A DNA stretch of 64,000 nt from Trichinella spiralis (GCF_000181795.1 NW_003526943.1:3871228-3935227), one strand, 5' to 3'; shown: positions 1-14,388, numbered from the stretch's first letter. Made by a program: numbers and translations. The notes: generated from the letters alone by a model not told the origin.

Positions 1-2000
1 CTCCAAGAAATGCATTGCCAAGGGCGGAGCCTAAATAGCAAAATCGGCACTTATCTTTAGGCAGTTCTCAAAATAGTAGCTCCAGTCAAGAAAAAAGTTT
101 TATTTTACGTCCAAAATGAAAAATATGCTAGCTTTATATGCATTTCTACTGCGCACACAACAGTAATGTTTTATTACATAATTCTTACCGTAACAGATGC
201 GACAACATAGAACACTTTTTCAAAAAGAATTAACTTTTTGAATTAATAAATTATTCCACGTATAACTTTAAACTTTTTAAAATTGATTAAATATACAAGC
301 TTTAAAAAATTCTGCAAATTATAATAATGACCGTTTTTTGCGATTAATTACAGTTAATTAATGAAATTAATATTACAGGCAATCAATCTTTGTGATTTTT
401 TCAGCGATTTTTCTGAAAAAATTATTGCCGCAAGAAGAACATTTGTCGCAATTGAGCTGAAGCCGAATACAATCTGGATCGCTTGAACAGTTGTTGCGTC
501 TTTATTCATAATTTTCTACTTTAATTTTCTAAAATAATTTTTATATATATGAAATAATATGAAAACGCCATTTATCAGTTGTCTACTTTGTAGTAATGAT
601 GAATTTTTCAATTTCAACAAAATCTTCCACAAAACAATAAAGTTGAAACATGAAATCAAGCATATTATAAATGAAAATGAATAAATAAGAACGTCAACAG
701 TTGAAATAAATGAACAAACTTCTTTTTAATTTGTAAAACAAATTTTCTTCCTGCAATGTAGAAAATTGTCAAAAGCAGTTTTCAACTATAGCATTCATCA
801 TGAACGAATAATAAATAATTATATTACAACTGCATTTGTAAAACTGATTATTTTATTTTAATAAAACAATTTTGAATGTACGTTTTTAATAACAAAAAAT
901 CATACTGTCAGTGGAAATGTAAAACTTCAAGAGTTCACGTGTAATGTTAAATGCACATTAAAGGAAGCGCGGCATCATTAAGAAATGAAGAATAATGCTA
1001 TTGATAATAAGCAACGTTGCTTAATTAATATAAAATCATAAACATCCGATGTAATTATAATATGATAATCGACATTCTCAAATTAAGTAAAATTATAACA
1101 GTTTTCAAATTCACTGTGTCAAATAGCCATATAATTTCAAGCAAACGTTGTTAATTTTTTTTATTTTATGTTAATTTGAAATGTTTCAAATATAGAAAGT
1201 ATTTTCTCTTTTTTCAATTACGTCTTTGTATATGCAATTACATTTACATATACATGTTAATTATATTCATATGAAAAACTTACAATTACCAAAATACTGA
1301 AATTCACATGTTTATACTTCACTGAATTTGATATGACATGACTGATTTGATCTAGCCATAAATCAAGCATAATCAAATAATACATTTTTAAAAATATTTC
1401 ATAGCTTTCAATATAATCAAGTAAATCTGATGCACATTACTTAATTTTATTAAGAAATTAATTTTGTAGCTATATGCGAAAAGGAAAAAATATATATTTA
1501 GCAGATAATATGTTTTATTTTTAAATTTGTTAAAAACGGATGATAAAAATAATAAAAATGATAATAATAAGTGAATCAAATTTAATTTAGAAAGGATTGT
1601 GCGCAAAATCACGATGTTCAACATGGTTACTCATTAACTGAAGAGAGCGATTCTTATAATTAAACTTCATTGCTTGACGTAATTTATTGTATTTGAAAAT
1701 TATAAATCGATTATAATTAAAATTTGATTATATAATTAACGTATAGTTAAGAGGCTTATCTATTAAGGATGTTTAATAATACTCATAACAACAATAATAA
1801 TACTATATTAATTGCTGCCTATTAATTAAAAAATCAAAAATTTATTAATTTAAAAATGTTATCATATTCAATTGCCTTATACTTTCATCACATGATGGCA
1901 CCAGTGAATACTGGAACTGTTTTGAAAATTTTGAAAACCTTTTGATATATTATTATTTTTACGATATATTTGGCTTTTATTCATAGCATTTATATATATA

Positions 2001-2555
2001 CAGTCCAACTTGGTTAAGTGCACATTGGATAAGTACACATTTCCCTTAAGTGCACAAGATTTTGGGCTAGCAAAATTCCCTGTAGTTAATTATACTGAAA
2101 ATAATGGATAAGTGTACAACTTGATTAAGTTCATCCTACTTCTGAGGTCCACGGGATTTACTGTTTGCAATATGTAGTCCTTAATAAGCACGCGTATCGC
2201 AGACAAGGCGAGCTTGGCCAAAGTCAGAACAACTACTGCTTTCCCAGGAGTTACTCGCAAGGAGGCTGTCGCATGTCTGGCGACAATTCGGTCTTATTTT
2301 CACAAAAACAGAGTATATCAGACAAACCTAGACTGAATCAGAGAGCGGCTAGTATGATACTACAAAATATAATTCAAACCTACCTTTCTGACTATTTTAC
2401 ATAAAATAAATGGGCATTTTTTTCACACAAAACCTATTTGTAAATGTGAAGTTATTGCTCCTTTCAATTACTCTGCATAATTCCCAACTTTGGATGAGTG
2501 CACAACTTGGACAAGTCCTTGCCAAATTCCATATGCACTTAACCAAGTTCGGCTG
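2001..2555 (+). mobile_element. pogo/Tigger-type non-autonomous DNA transposon (internal deletion derivative)
   Basis: TIRs are CAGTCCAACTTGGTTAAGTGCA (2001-2022) and TGCACTTAACCAAGTTCGGCTG (2534-2555), matching 20/22, with TA on the left flank. The interior translates to pogo-like C-terminal motifs (VTRKEAVACLATIRSYF; IQTYLSDYFT*). Confidence 0.8.
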
Positions 2556-3759
2556 CATTTACGAATTGAAATTTGATTCCATGATAACTCACCGCAAACG
2601 TTGTGCAAAATTTAAAAAAACTACTGCATCTGAACGAAAAATTGCTAACAAAATGAAATATGCTGTACAAAACAAATTTTTAAGCTATAATACTACATAT
2701 ATATATATGTATACATGTCGTGCATATTTATTATCAGCAACGGAAATTAGAAAGGCCTTAATTAATCAAAATTATAAAAGTATGTCTACGTTGTAGTAGA
2801 TATCAGTGACTCATTTAATGCTAAAAACAATACAATAACATTCAGTTTAATGTATACTTGCTGCTAAAGAAAGATGAAAGCATTCCTCAGTATTGTTCAG
2901 ATGTCATCAACAGCATGTAGCTTTTTGCTTCAGTTAACAAAAATTCGAGCGGTGGAGAATGCTGAAGTAATAGAATATAAAGCTGAATATGTTTCTGATG
3001 CTGACGGTCATTGGTGTGTGCATTGCAGCATGAACAGATGCACTAATACTTTCTGCAATCCAAAGGTACTGCGAGTTCAAAATTCCAAATCAGAGTTGTA
3101 AACGACAATCAGATGAAGCATCGCGGGTACGTTTTCAAGGCAAAATGCAAACGCATGATAAGACTCATCGGCTTCAAATTGTTATTTGTGATTTTATTTT
3201 TTTAAATAGTGTTTTCAAATAGGAAAAGCAGTAAATCACAATAGTGAGCAAAAAACACTTGCAAATTTAATTTATAATAAATCGATAACATGCTGATTAA
3301 CTGATTTGACTCATAAAAAAGAATCTGAGTCTTTTAGATACCTTAATAATGCATTAAGATTGCATTATTTTTGCAAATAATAAATTTATAATTGGAAATT
3401 TATTCTCTTTTACAAGTCATGATGCTCTGTAATAATGCAAAATAAAAATTGAGAAGCATTTTAATAAGTACCTACAGATTTTACATGCACAATACCGAAT
3501 ATGGAATGTTTTTGTAATTAACAGGAACTGATTTTTCAGAAAGCTTCCACTAGCAGTCTATGCTCCTGCAAAAAATTTAATTATGAATTATATAATAACA
3601 CAATGTACAACCTAATAATTTAAAATCATTGTTACATCACGCTTTAAAGTAAATTACACACAGTTAAACAAGCTTTTAAAATTAAGGCGTAAATTTTAAT
3701 TCAAAAATTGCTTTCTGAGAAAATTTATAATTAATTTTACTGTTTCAAATCTTAATACG

Positions 3760-4423
3760 ATCTGATCTTCCAGTTCCTCCCGCGATACACAATGTGGCGG
3801 GAGATTGATGGTCTGAGATTGTTGCTGGTGCTCGTCAAGCAAGCTAGTGCTCTTTGCACAATCAGCAAACGAAGCATTGAGTGTGTAACTTTATTTAACG
3901 ATTAAAGTCAGTAAGGAATAGACCATACTGCATTCAGATCGACAGTTAAGATAGTAATGCACAACCCTGCAGCACGCTAATTGGCAGCTACCACACGACT
4001 CTTTCAATGCACATCCTCAATGCTCTCTTTGCTCGAATTCAGGCTTGCTTTTATAGAGCTCAAGAGAGTCAGTCCCACAGTCTCTGTTGGTCTGTAAATC
4101 CATTTCTATTCTTCTCCTGTCAACCGAATTAGGTGTAGCCAATTTGGCATCAGGGCCCCAACTCCACATATCGCCGACACATGTTCCCAGTCAACTATCA
4201 ACAGATTTTGATGGATAGAAATGAGCCAACTGCAGCACTTATTGCTTCATCTTCTGTCTCACACCCACGAATAAAATGATGCAATCGTAACACCTTTTGC
4301 AACATCTAATTCGCTCAACGCATGATGGAGCTCTGACAAGCTAACTGATTTAGCTGAACAGTTGCGCGAGTTCAGACATGAGATGATACTTTCTGCTGAT
4401 GCGACTACAACATGCCCAGGAAT
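3760..4423 (-). mobile_element. Possible highly degenerate retrotransposon gag fragment
   Basis: GC-elevated block with broken frames giving LRLHHFIRG, VRQKMKQ and a partial zinc-knuckle-like CCRVVHYYLNC. No intact ORF. Confidence 0.3.
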
Positions 4424-5438
4424 CTAAGAATAGAACGGAATTTCCAACATATTACAAAATTATATTACGTAAAACACAATAATTTCACATATTAATGTTT
4501 CAACTGACAAAATTGCTTTCATGAAATTCACAGCACTCTTGCACTGTTTTCGACAAAGTTGCTCAAACTCAAATTAAATTTACTCTAGACTGCTATGCTT
4601 GACTAGTGCTACTGTAAATATTTTTAAAGCTTTCAATTTTCTTTCATACGTTATTCTTCAGCAATAGCAGTTTGATTTCAGAAAAATAAAAAAATAACTG
4701 AAATTTCATCTACATGAAACATAAAATTTATTGTTAACTGAAAAATTTTATTTTAAAATCAATCCAACCGACTAATTTCTCTGACAACAGGCTGTTTTAC
4801 AGATAAAATAGGTGACCCACTGACGTCTGTAATCACACCTTGCCCTCGGTAAAGGCGACTGTTGAGAGCAATCCACGAGCAACGGACAGCGATTGCACGT
4901 CCCGTTCGACAGTCAACCAGCAACTTTCATTCATAAATTGTATTATTATGCATTCTACATACAATAATTAAGAAAAATATTCACAGATAATAAATTCAAA
5001 ATGTTTCCACTGATCAGTAAGAATACAATATATTATGCAACATTAAATCAAAAGTAATTTATAAGAGACTACCAGAGAAAACAATACAGTAAGGATAACT
5101 TGCATTTCATGACAGTATATCTATGAAACGAAAAGAACCTGTCTTAAATGGTAAGAAATTCGATGCAAATGTATTCATAGACCGGATATTTTTGTGTAAA
5201 CCATAGGATAATTTTTTGCTTTTTATTTATTCACGAATTTACATTTAGTTAATCCCGATATAAGGTTATATTAGGTATACAAAATATGTTTGTTCTGTTG
5301 ACGGGTATATTTTATTTTCATTTAAACAATTACTGATGAGATATTATTGTCATATATTTTGAATAATTTTTTGTTTCAAAATGCTTTTACACTCTGTGAG
5401 TTGTTTAATTATTCTGATGATTCAGTTTATCTTTTACA

Positions 5439-5861
5439 ATGGAAGAAGAAGAGCAAGTCACTTCAAGAAAGCGTAAAGCGAAAAGACGAACTGAAAGCTG
5501 GGAACTTTCGTATCGAACTAAACCTGATGCAGCAGCTGATCGTGAAAAAAATCGTCGTTACAGATTTCTGGCTACAAAAGGTGTGGTCACCCTGTTCAAC
5601 GCCATTCGTGAGCGTCAGCAGAAAACTTCTAAAAAGTTGGAAGAAGCGAAAACAACTAGATCAAAGGAAAAAGTTATTCGTGAATTAAAGAAAGATGAAT
5701 TCTTCGAATCGTTACAAAATTCTGACATTGTGAATCCTGTCAAAGGTTCAGGAAAACAAAAAGACAAGGCTGAAATGACGTCAAAATGGGAAGTGCTGCG
5801 TGATGATTTTCTTGTTAATGGTAACTTTAACAATTTGAAAGATTGGGATAAAAAGAAATGA
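5439..5861 (+). CDS. RRP15: RRP15-like ribosomal RNA processing protein, single exon, 140 aa
   Basis: LATKGVVTLFNAI matches the Rrp15 signature (IATRGVVQLFNAV); C-terminal WEVLRDDF...LKDWD. Confidence 0.88.
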   Translation: MEEEEQVTSRKRKAKRRTESWELSYRTKPDAAADREKNRRYRFLATKGVVTLFNAIRERQQKTSKKLEEAKTTRSKEKVIRELKKDEFFESLQNSDIVNPVKGSGKQKDKAEMTSKWEVLRDDFLVNGNFNNLKDWDKKK

Positions 5862-6407
5862 TCAATCTGCATTTTACCGGTATGTTGTTTACTGTTGCTG
5901 AGAAAATTATTAAATGGTTTTTTTCATATTTATTTTATAAACTGTTTCATTTGTCACTTATTTAAAAAACCTATAAAATCAGTTTTTTAGTGTTTTATAC
6001 AAAAACTAAATAATATGTTAATTATTCTTTGTTGATCATGTGGAAAATTTATGATAAAACGGAAATCAGTTAGATGAATGAAATTTGATTAGATCTGAAA
6101 ATTTTTAGGTGCGAAATTGCACTACAGGTATTTAAGTACAGTATGAATAAATGATGTTTAAGTATATATTTCTGATATTACGTAAATTTAGTTAAAAATT
6201 AGTTCAAAAATTGTTGTAAGCTGAAAACACTTATAATTTCAGTAAACTTAATATCTGGTGAATTTTTACTTTATTATATTTTAAAGTGCAATAGTTTACG
6301 ATACATTGATGTGTAAATGAAATTACGATGAAAGCGTAGAACTTTTTTTATTAATTGTTTTCAATCAGTAGAACAGATGTTAGGAAAACAATATCGCATG
6401 TTATAAT

Positions 6408-9400
6408 TCATAACCAGGCAGTTTTTTTGATAAACGGTGATGAACGTTTGGCAACTGCTGGTGCATGAGATGCGCTGATCAAATTCAACGTTACATCCCA
6501 TTTGCGCAAGGACCGGTAGAAATTTTCGGAAATGTGTATATTTGGACATTTTTCTCTGAGCAGCTGAACCGCACGATCGCAGCTCAGTCCTTTCACTTTC
6601 ATGATATACTGTACAACGAAAACCGCGCATCGATTTCGACCATTGAAACTGTATATCAGTACTGCTTTGCCGCAGGCTCTGGCGGAGTCGATGAAGCGGT
6701 TCGCATCTTCGAAATACGGCGTCAAATCTAAGGTACTTTGCTCGTCGACGGTGATGGTCATGCGGGCCCGGCTGTGGGCAGTTTCACGAGGACAAACGCA
6801 AGGCACATCGCTCTTTTTATGTCTGGGCACTTGGCACGGTTCCAGGTTGGTCAGATCGATCAAGAATTCGATGTTGTACTTGCAGAGCAAATGCGCGTTG
6901 AAAGCCGCCTCGACACCGCTCATGAACAAATAGTCGTATACTTGACAGGCGGCTTTTTCCAAGCAGCTACCCCGTCTTGGCGCCGGAACTGCTTGACCAG
7001 AGTAGGAGATGGATCCGTGAGAAGCAGACCGGGAATGTGGAACCGAAGAACTCGGGCGTTGGATGAATTCAGAACTGGTTGGTCCGTTGCTGCACTGATT
7101 GAAGAACACAGAACCATCGGCTGAAGCACTTTCATCAGCTTCACTGTGCGATGAAGGGCAATCGATTTCTACGCTGTGGTGTGCATGCGGACCATTGCTG
7201 TTCGCGCAGCTCAGATAGATGTGAACATGGCTAAATATTAAAAATGATCATTTTTCAATCTCTGTATTTCTCTTTCTTAGCATGCGCATCTGCTTCAATG
7301 TGCGCAATCATCATGAACAGTGATTTCATAAATTCATATTAAACTTCGAACACGTGACAAAAATGCAAATAAATGCTAAAAATTTGGAATTGAAAGAATC
7401 TGTTTATTTTTGGCTTCATTATTTTTATTATTCAACTAACTAATAATTTCAAACTGCCTATGGTTTAATGTATTCCACTAAAAATCAGCAATAATTTGAT
7501 AAGCGTTTGTTTAATCACCTTATCCTGCATAACTAATTTCATTTATTAATTTGTTTTGTATATAACTACTACTTATCTCTTTCACTTTACTTTATTTTAC
7601 ATTTTTTTTCGATAATTCGTTTCGGTAAGTCTGCAAAATTAACAAAACTAACAACATATCAAGTAATATCAATACATTTATTTTAAAATGATAATCATAA
7701 AAGCTGCTTTTTTAATTTATATATTTTAAAATGTACTTAACGTACACATTTAATTTTTCATACAAAAAATAAAATCATAAACTGAATTCAGTTTCTTCCC
7801 TAAAAGTATGCCTCGGGAATGAAAAATGTAAAATGAAATTTTTACTTTTGAAAACGTAAAAATGCAGTGTTAAAACTGAAATGAAAAAGCAAATGAATAA
7901 AAAATCCAGTCGAAGTATAGTAAGACAAGCAAGAAATGGATAAAGCATGAAAATTGAATATTTCTGATCACAGCAGTAATTGAATAGAAATTTAATTTAA
8001 AATTCTAACTTAAAAAGCAGTACCAAATTTATCTATGTATGTTGGCTAAAATTGAAACTTTTAATCATTTAACATTTGAAAAAGCAACAAATTTCTTCCT
8101 TGTATATATATATATATGTGTAGGTTAAACTTTGATATAATTGTATTAATAGCAAAATTGAAATTTTCAAATAAAATTGCAATTATAATTTTTCTTCACT
8201 TATTGTACATGTGGAAATCAATTTAAAGTAATTGAAAGACTTCTTACCACAAATTAACAGCTCCATGTATAATAAATGACGTATCCATTGCAGTTATTTG
8301 AATACCATAATTTTATGAAATTATTGTAGTTAATATTTTATGCGCTTATATAGCATGCATTAAAAAATAATACGTTGAAAAACCAGCAAAAGTGCAAGTT
8401 GCTGTAAGCTGTTCAACAATTCATTTCATATCTCAACATAACAAACAGTATATCTCATAAAGCTGAAAAAAATTGGTTTTCTTCATAAATCAATAAAAAA
8501 TGGATGAATGAAAATAAAAGGTAATTTATAAGAAATATGAATGAATACATGTGGTAAAACATAATATAATGTAAGTAAAGTATTTTTTATTCTTAATGTG
8601 AAGCAACTTTTTATATATTTTAGAGGTAAATTCATTTATTTATTATAAATTATTGTTTATAAGATGATTTTCATTATAATTTACTTCCAATTTAAAATTT
8701 AACTTTTAGTTTTAACTGACTTAAAACCAAGCCCATATTCAGAAATTAAATAATTCCATGCTATAAAATCAATGATGAATTATATTATTTGATTTATACA
8801 TTATTCGACTGAGCCGAAAGGTTTCATCTTTTTAAATCCCATGGAACACCATGACACGCATAATCATAGCAACCATTTGTATAAGGTAATAATATGCAAA
8901 GTCATTTTCTGAAATTTAATAAAGTAGATTAAAATTTGCTTATTTTATAGCTTTTTCAATCGCAACTAAATATTTTATTCTATTGCCTTGCATAGTCACA
9001 CTTCACTGGCAAGTCAACAGCATGATCGATGACTAACATATCTTGCTTATGCAATAAAAATCAGTTTTCAAACAAAGTTAGTTAATTCTTATGCATGACC
9101 AGACAACAGTGAATGCCTGTCTTTACTTTCAGGTTTTTATTTTTAACAGTAATGCATTTTTTCCTCACAATAGTCACATGACAAAACAAAGACACTCCAG
9201 TGTTAAACGACAATAAATTAATCTAATTTCTAACAAACACGTATTGTATTAGCAAACAAATTACAAAAAACTTACCTATTTATAAAACATTTTAATAAAA
9301 CGTATTTCATAAGATATGCAATATTTAGTGATATTTAAAAAATGTGATTATTAATTGAGAAGCTTATCTTAATTTTCAGCTTTAGTGACTTATTTAGCTA

Positions 9401-10565
9401 ATAAAATTTCAAACCGGATTACTACTGAATGTGTATTCGTTTTAAAAATCAATATTTTTCTAAATTTACCGTGCTGTAATATTATAAAACTTAAAAAGTA
9501 GTTATGCTCGCATACTTGACTTTTTATTTTAGCAGCACTGAACCATAATCACCGTTGGGAGAAAATGGAATTTGAGAAATGCCTATATTCAATTTCTCTA
9601 ACCGCATACTGTTCCGTTTGACGTCAACATTTGAAATTCGCCATTGTCAACAGATATGTGCATTATTTACTCATTTTACAATAACAAAAGGCTTTGTGTA
9701 AGATATTTTTCAAAAAAATTAACGCAGAAACTTATGTAACAAATCAAGTGTAAAAAAGATTTCAATGTTTTTAACATTGATCATAAATTTCAACTATTTA
9801 CATCATGCCAAACATTTGTTCAAGTCAACACGATGTGTTAACATGCAATAATTTCACATGCTGTTGTTTAATACCATATTCATTATAAAAAAATATGCAG
9901 AAATAAATGAGAAAATAAAAAAACAAACTATAATAAAAAATAAAATCCTGCAAAAAAATGTTGAAATATATCGAACAACAAATTTCTATATATGAGAAAC
10001 AGCATTCAGATAAATATTGTACCTGAAAATCATATATCTATAAAATTATAAAATTGTAATTCGTTCAAGTTGAAATGTACGTTAAAGTGGTGAAAATAAT
10101 TGTTAGAACCTAGTTAAAACCAGAATATATCCATCTGTAGCAGCGGAAATTCAACACCGAAAAGTTGGGTGGAGGAATAAAAAAACATTTGCAACATAAT
10201 ATATTGAGATAAAAAAACTTTATTAAACTTACACATTAATCCACGCTATTGTATTGATTCAGTGTCATATTATTGAAATGTATATTATATTCTCTGTTGG
10301 GTGAATCATTTTCTTGCTACATTTTTTTAAAATTTGTTACAGTTGATGCTTGGTTTTTTTTTAATTTTGAATTCAAATTTGTAAGAACTTTTCAAAATAC
10401 AATCAAAATTGACGTTTTTGAATAAAAAATAAATGTGAAATAATAGAAATGAATATCATACTTTGCATCAACAGCCGGCGGTGATTTAGTCGGCATGGAT
10501 TTGATGTCTGGATCGTTGAAATTGCGGCTCAAGGTGACTTTGAAATTTTCCACATTTCTGTTCAT
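6408..10565 (-). CDS. Dual-specificity phosphatase-fold protein, probably catalytically dead
   Basis: Large 3' exon 7230-6408 follows a TTTAG acceptor and has DSP motifs (YLFMSG..AAFN..LL...NI; FEDANRFIDSAR..GKAVLIYSFNGRNRC). A proposed first coding exon 10565-10462 (MNRNVENFKV..) ends at a phase-2 GT donor that matches the acceptor phase. The 5' model is tentative. Confidence 0.75.
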
Positions 10566-12317
10566 CGTTTCAGCAGCGAATTGCAGGTCGAGCAAGCAGT
10601 GTCGTTGGTGAGGCAAATTTGTCTTATTTTTATTGTTGAACTTGATTTAAAATTTAAAGAAAAAAAGTTGTTTAAATGATAAAACAGAAAAGCATATTAA
10701 AGTGGAACAAATTTACCAAGGAAGCTCTGAAGAAGACGACGAAGCAGTTGGACTGTGGAAATCAGACGTCTCGTGAAAAATGCCGCACCTGCTGATGATA
10801 TTGGTGGACTATACGGGTTGGTGTAAAGACGACTAGCCGGCCATTGATCGCGTCGGTGCAGCGGCTAATTGCACCGCGTCACTTTTCATCGTTATGGTAA
10901 CTGAAACGGAATTGTTCCATTGATTAGCATTGGCGGAACTGGTGGCAAGCTGTCCGGATTTGATGGATTTAAAAATTGGAAGATAGAAGTTTTCATTTTA
11001 TTTTTTTATTCTTTTTTTTGTTATATGCTTTGAACTGTTCACCGGCTAGGCTAATAGAACGACTGGTTGGCTGGCTTAAGTGAAAAATCAATCTTTGATC
11101 AAGTGATAAATTATTCACCAGATTTGTTCGATCAGACTGGAGATTAGAGGTGAAGAGATTCAGAAAGAAAAAAGAATTATTATTTTTTCAAGCAAAAAAA
11201 ATTCATTTGAAAAGAATGTGATGACAAAATTAAAAATGATGATTATGCATACGGTTACGGAGACGGTAAAGGGGAGGGGGGACAGGCAGGCAGGAATTAC
11301 AGACGTGATGTGGTGGTGTTCTATCGGACGACGTTGATTGATTGAAAAAATGAAAAATATTATGAAAATTGTTTTGTATAAAAATCGTGCCAACAGGTAA
11401 ATAAAAGCTGTTGTGAGCGTGATGTTTTTTCTGAATTTGTATTATTGAATAAATAAATTATGCTCAACCACATACAAACAAATATCACACCTGTATGAAT
11501 TTAATATTAATAATATTTTTGAATATTTAAAAATGTCATTATAAAAAAAGAAGAGAAACTTTTTAAGTTCGATCAAGGTTGTTTGATTTGCTTGAAATTG
11601 GAAAATAGTAATTTTAGGGAATCAAATTTATTACTACCAGCAGATTGATGTTATTTTATACATTTGAAGAAAAAAGAATAAATGAACAAAGTTGCGTATT
11701 ATTTGGAACAACAGTTGTATCGTAGAAGTGATAATTGTTAGCATAATTAATAATAATCGCGGAAGAAAACACAATGAACCTCACGTTTCCCTCATAATTA
11801 GTTTAAATTCATATTGCATTTTTTGAACATTTTTTTTTGTAAATTTTCTTATTCATCATTATTTTGAACCGTCAATTGAGCAGCATTATTATTACTACTG
11901 GTGATGGTTGAATTTGTTTTCTTTTTCAATTTTCACGGCAAATGATGCAAATTATACAATAATTCAAATTCGGCTAATATCAATCATTTCGCAAGCACGA
12001 GAAGAAAAACAATAAGCAGCCGTTTGTTCATTTGACCGCACCAAGCAAACGACCAATCAAATGCTCATCATCATCATCATCAGTTTAGCTCAGAAATAAA
12101 TAAATTCAAATTGCAATGCTAGTTGATGTATCTTTCCAGTTTGCAATTGCTTCGATGACCCATTTTGTAAAATAGTACACTTCCTGCCATGTGGAAATGT
12201 AGTTTATTTATCATGCAGTCGAAATGCTACAATGCATAAGCATCAATTCAACGTAACTGTTCATGTTGAATAAAACTGTGTATACATATTATTTATTCAT
12301 CGATTGACTGAAACGAC

Positions 12318-12358
<41 letters not shown>
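12318..12358. repeat. (AAT)n microsatellite just downstream of the URM1 stop
   Basis: Direct reading of about 13 AAT units. Confidence 0.95.
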
Positions 12359-12360
<2 letters not shown>

Positions 12361-12375
12361 GCAAAAAATAGATAA

Positions 12376-12684
12376 TTAACCTCCGTGCAATGTGGAAATG
12401 AATGTAACTTTGTCATTCGGTTTCAACACATATTGCAAACCGTTGCAAAGTTCCCAGTCGACTTCGTTGATGAGAACCAAAATTCCTGGACGCACGGAAT
12501 TGCCACAAATCAACATGCTGCAATTGTTCACGAGCAACATGTTCTGCTTGATCCATTGGAACAACGAGGCCAGTGTCCACGCACGTCCATCGTCGTCGGT
12601 ATTGTCCAATTCAATTTCGTGCATCTGCTGCGGACATTTCAACAACCGCTCGGAACCGCCAACAAATTCCAACGTCAACTGCAT
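12376..12684 (-). CDS. URM1: Ubiquitin-related modifier 1, single exon, 102 aa
   Basis: LEFVGGSE..; SVRPGILVLINEVDWEL; C-terminal FISTLHGG. Confidence 0.97.
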   Translation of the reverse strand: MQLTLEFVGGSERLLKCPQQMHEIELDNTDDDGRAWTLASLFQWIKQNMLLVNNCSMLICGNSVRPGILVLINEVDWELCNGLQYVLKPNDKVTFISTLHGG

Positions 12685-13314
12685 ATTTACTTACACCTGT
12701 TCTATATGCTTTTTCGCTTCAAAATCGAATTTACCAAATTTCAATCTAAATCGAATTTTAATTCAATAATAACACGAAAAATAATATGTGCGAAAAAAAT
12801 ATCGAACCGGCCATTTTTCAATCGGGATATTGCGAAAAGTGGTAAAAGATTATTCACACGACATGAAAACAAGAGAAATTTGAATGAGAGAAAAAAAAAT
12901 AATTTCTTCTTTAATTAAACACAACGCTACATTGGCAATCAAATCACATCAAAATCACTTGTTTCTCCGATGTCCGAAATCGAAAAGTCCAAATTGAACA
13001 AAACCACTCTCATCCATCCATCCATTCACACACATATCACACGTTCACATACACAATAATTCAATACCAACAATCAACATGCAGCATCAGCGAAACTGCT
13101 TGCTTTGCAAATGATCACTGAGCAGATTTTAAAGCATGTTTTCGACTAGAAAACTAGCCAAACACAATGATAATAATCGTCATCATCATCCAAACTATAT
13201 TTCTACAAATTTTCACATCAATGCAATGAAATCATCGATTGACAGACAAATTTCACAAATCAAAAAAATAAAATCACTGGTAGTAGTGGTGGTGGTAAAT
13301 TGAAAAGTAAATTT

Positions 13315-14388
13315 TCAATCTAAAAATTTTCTGTTCGGATTTCTTCCAAACACAGCCACTCGAATATCCGGAATCAGCTGAAAAGAAGAACAATTTTATG
13401 ATTATCAAAAAAAAATCAATTCATGTTGTTCAAATTGATCTCCCACTTGATCGCTTATTATTTCCAGACGACTTTCCAAAGTAGAAGAGACGCGTATTTT
13501 GCCACCATGCGCGAAAACTTCCACCCCACCGGCTGAATCGTCAGCAAGAAAATTTTCCCTGTCAACAGAGACGCGACAATCGATGGAACTCGCTCGACGT
13601 GCTTCTTCCACACACGACGGTATCAATTGCGTCAAAAGTGTCAAATCTTTCTGTCGACAACGCAAAGTCACCTCAAGTTCGAGCAGTTGCAAAAGTGCCT
13701 TGGAAGAAAAAAAATTTCTTTTTTCTTGGCAATAATATATATCACGATGCCAGCAGTAATCATCACCAATTAATCCAAATAGAACAAAAATTATTATTAA
13801 TTACTTGGACAACTAAATTTTTCAAAATTGGAGGATAAGCGGTTGGGTCGTTGGAAATTTGCAACAATCTGGACCGTGTTTCGTTCAGAACATTGTTAAT
13901 GTGATCTTCCTGAGCCTGACAATGAACAATAAACAATTACTCTTACTAATACTTGTTAGTATTGATGAACTTCAAGTGTGATCATACTTTCAAAATTCGA
14001 AGACGCGCTTGATTGAACATTGCTGAATTTTGAATTTTTCGTTGCAACTCCACTTGTTTCTCTTTTCGTTCGTAATAATCCATAATTTTAGATCGATGTT
14101 GTTGAACCAGACGTCCCTTTGAAAATCGTCAAACATCATTAACCAAAGCAAGCGAAACGGATATTATAACTATTGGTTTTAGCGCACAATTAATAAGTTA
14201 TGTAACGATAAGGAAATTGCTTGATTAAAAGAAAAAAAAAAAATATATATATATATAGATACCTTCTCAATGTTGAACTCTTCCTCCGCTTTGGCGTCAA
14301 TTTCTTCGGCTTTTTCATTGGCTTCTTGTTCAATAAAAGCGATCATTTGCCGCAGTTGCTTCTTGACGTCATCGTCGGACAAGCCCAT
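13315..14388 (-). CDS. vha-8: V-type proton ATPase V1 subunit E (multi-exon)
   Basis: Starts [42 protein letters not shown], contains [18 protein letters not shown], and ends [11 protein letters not shown]. Confidence 0.96.

Noticed and set aside
2874..3101. 75-aa Cys-containing ORF
   Set aside because: No recognisable domain or supporting splice structure.
12385..12918. 177-aa plus-strand ORF over URM1
   Set aside because: Antisense shadow with a non-ATG start, running into AT-rich DNA.
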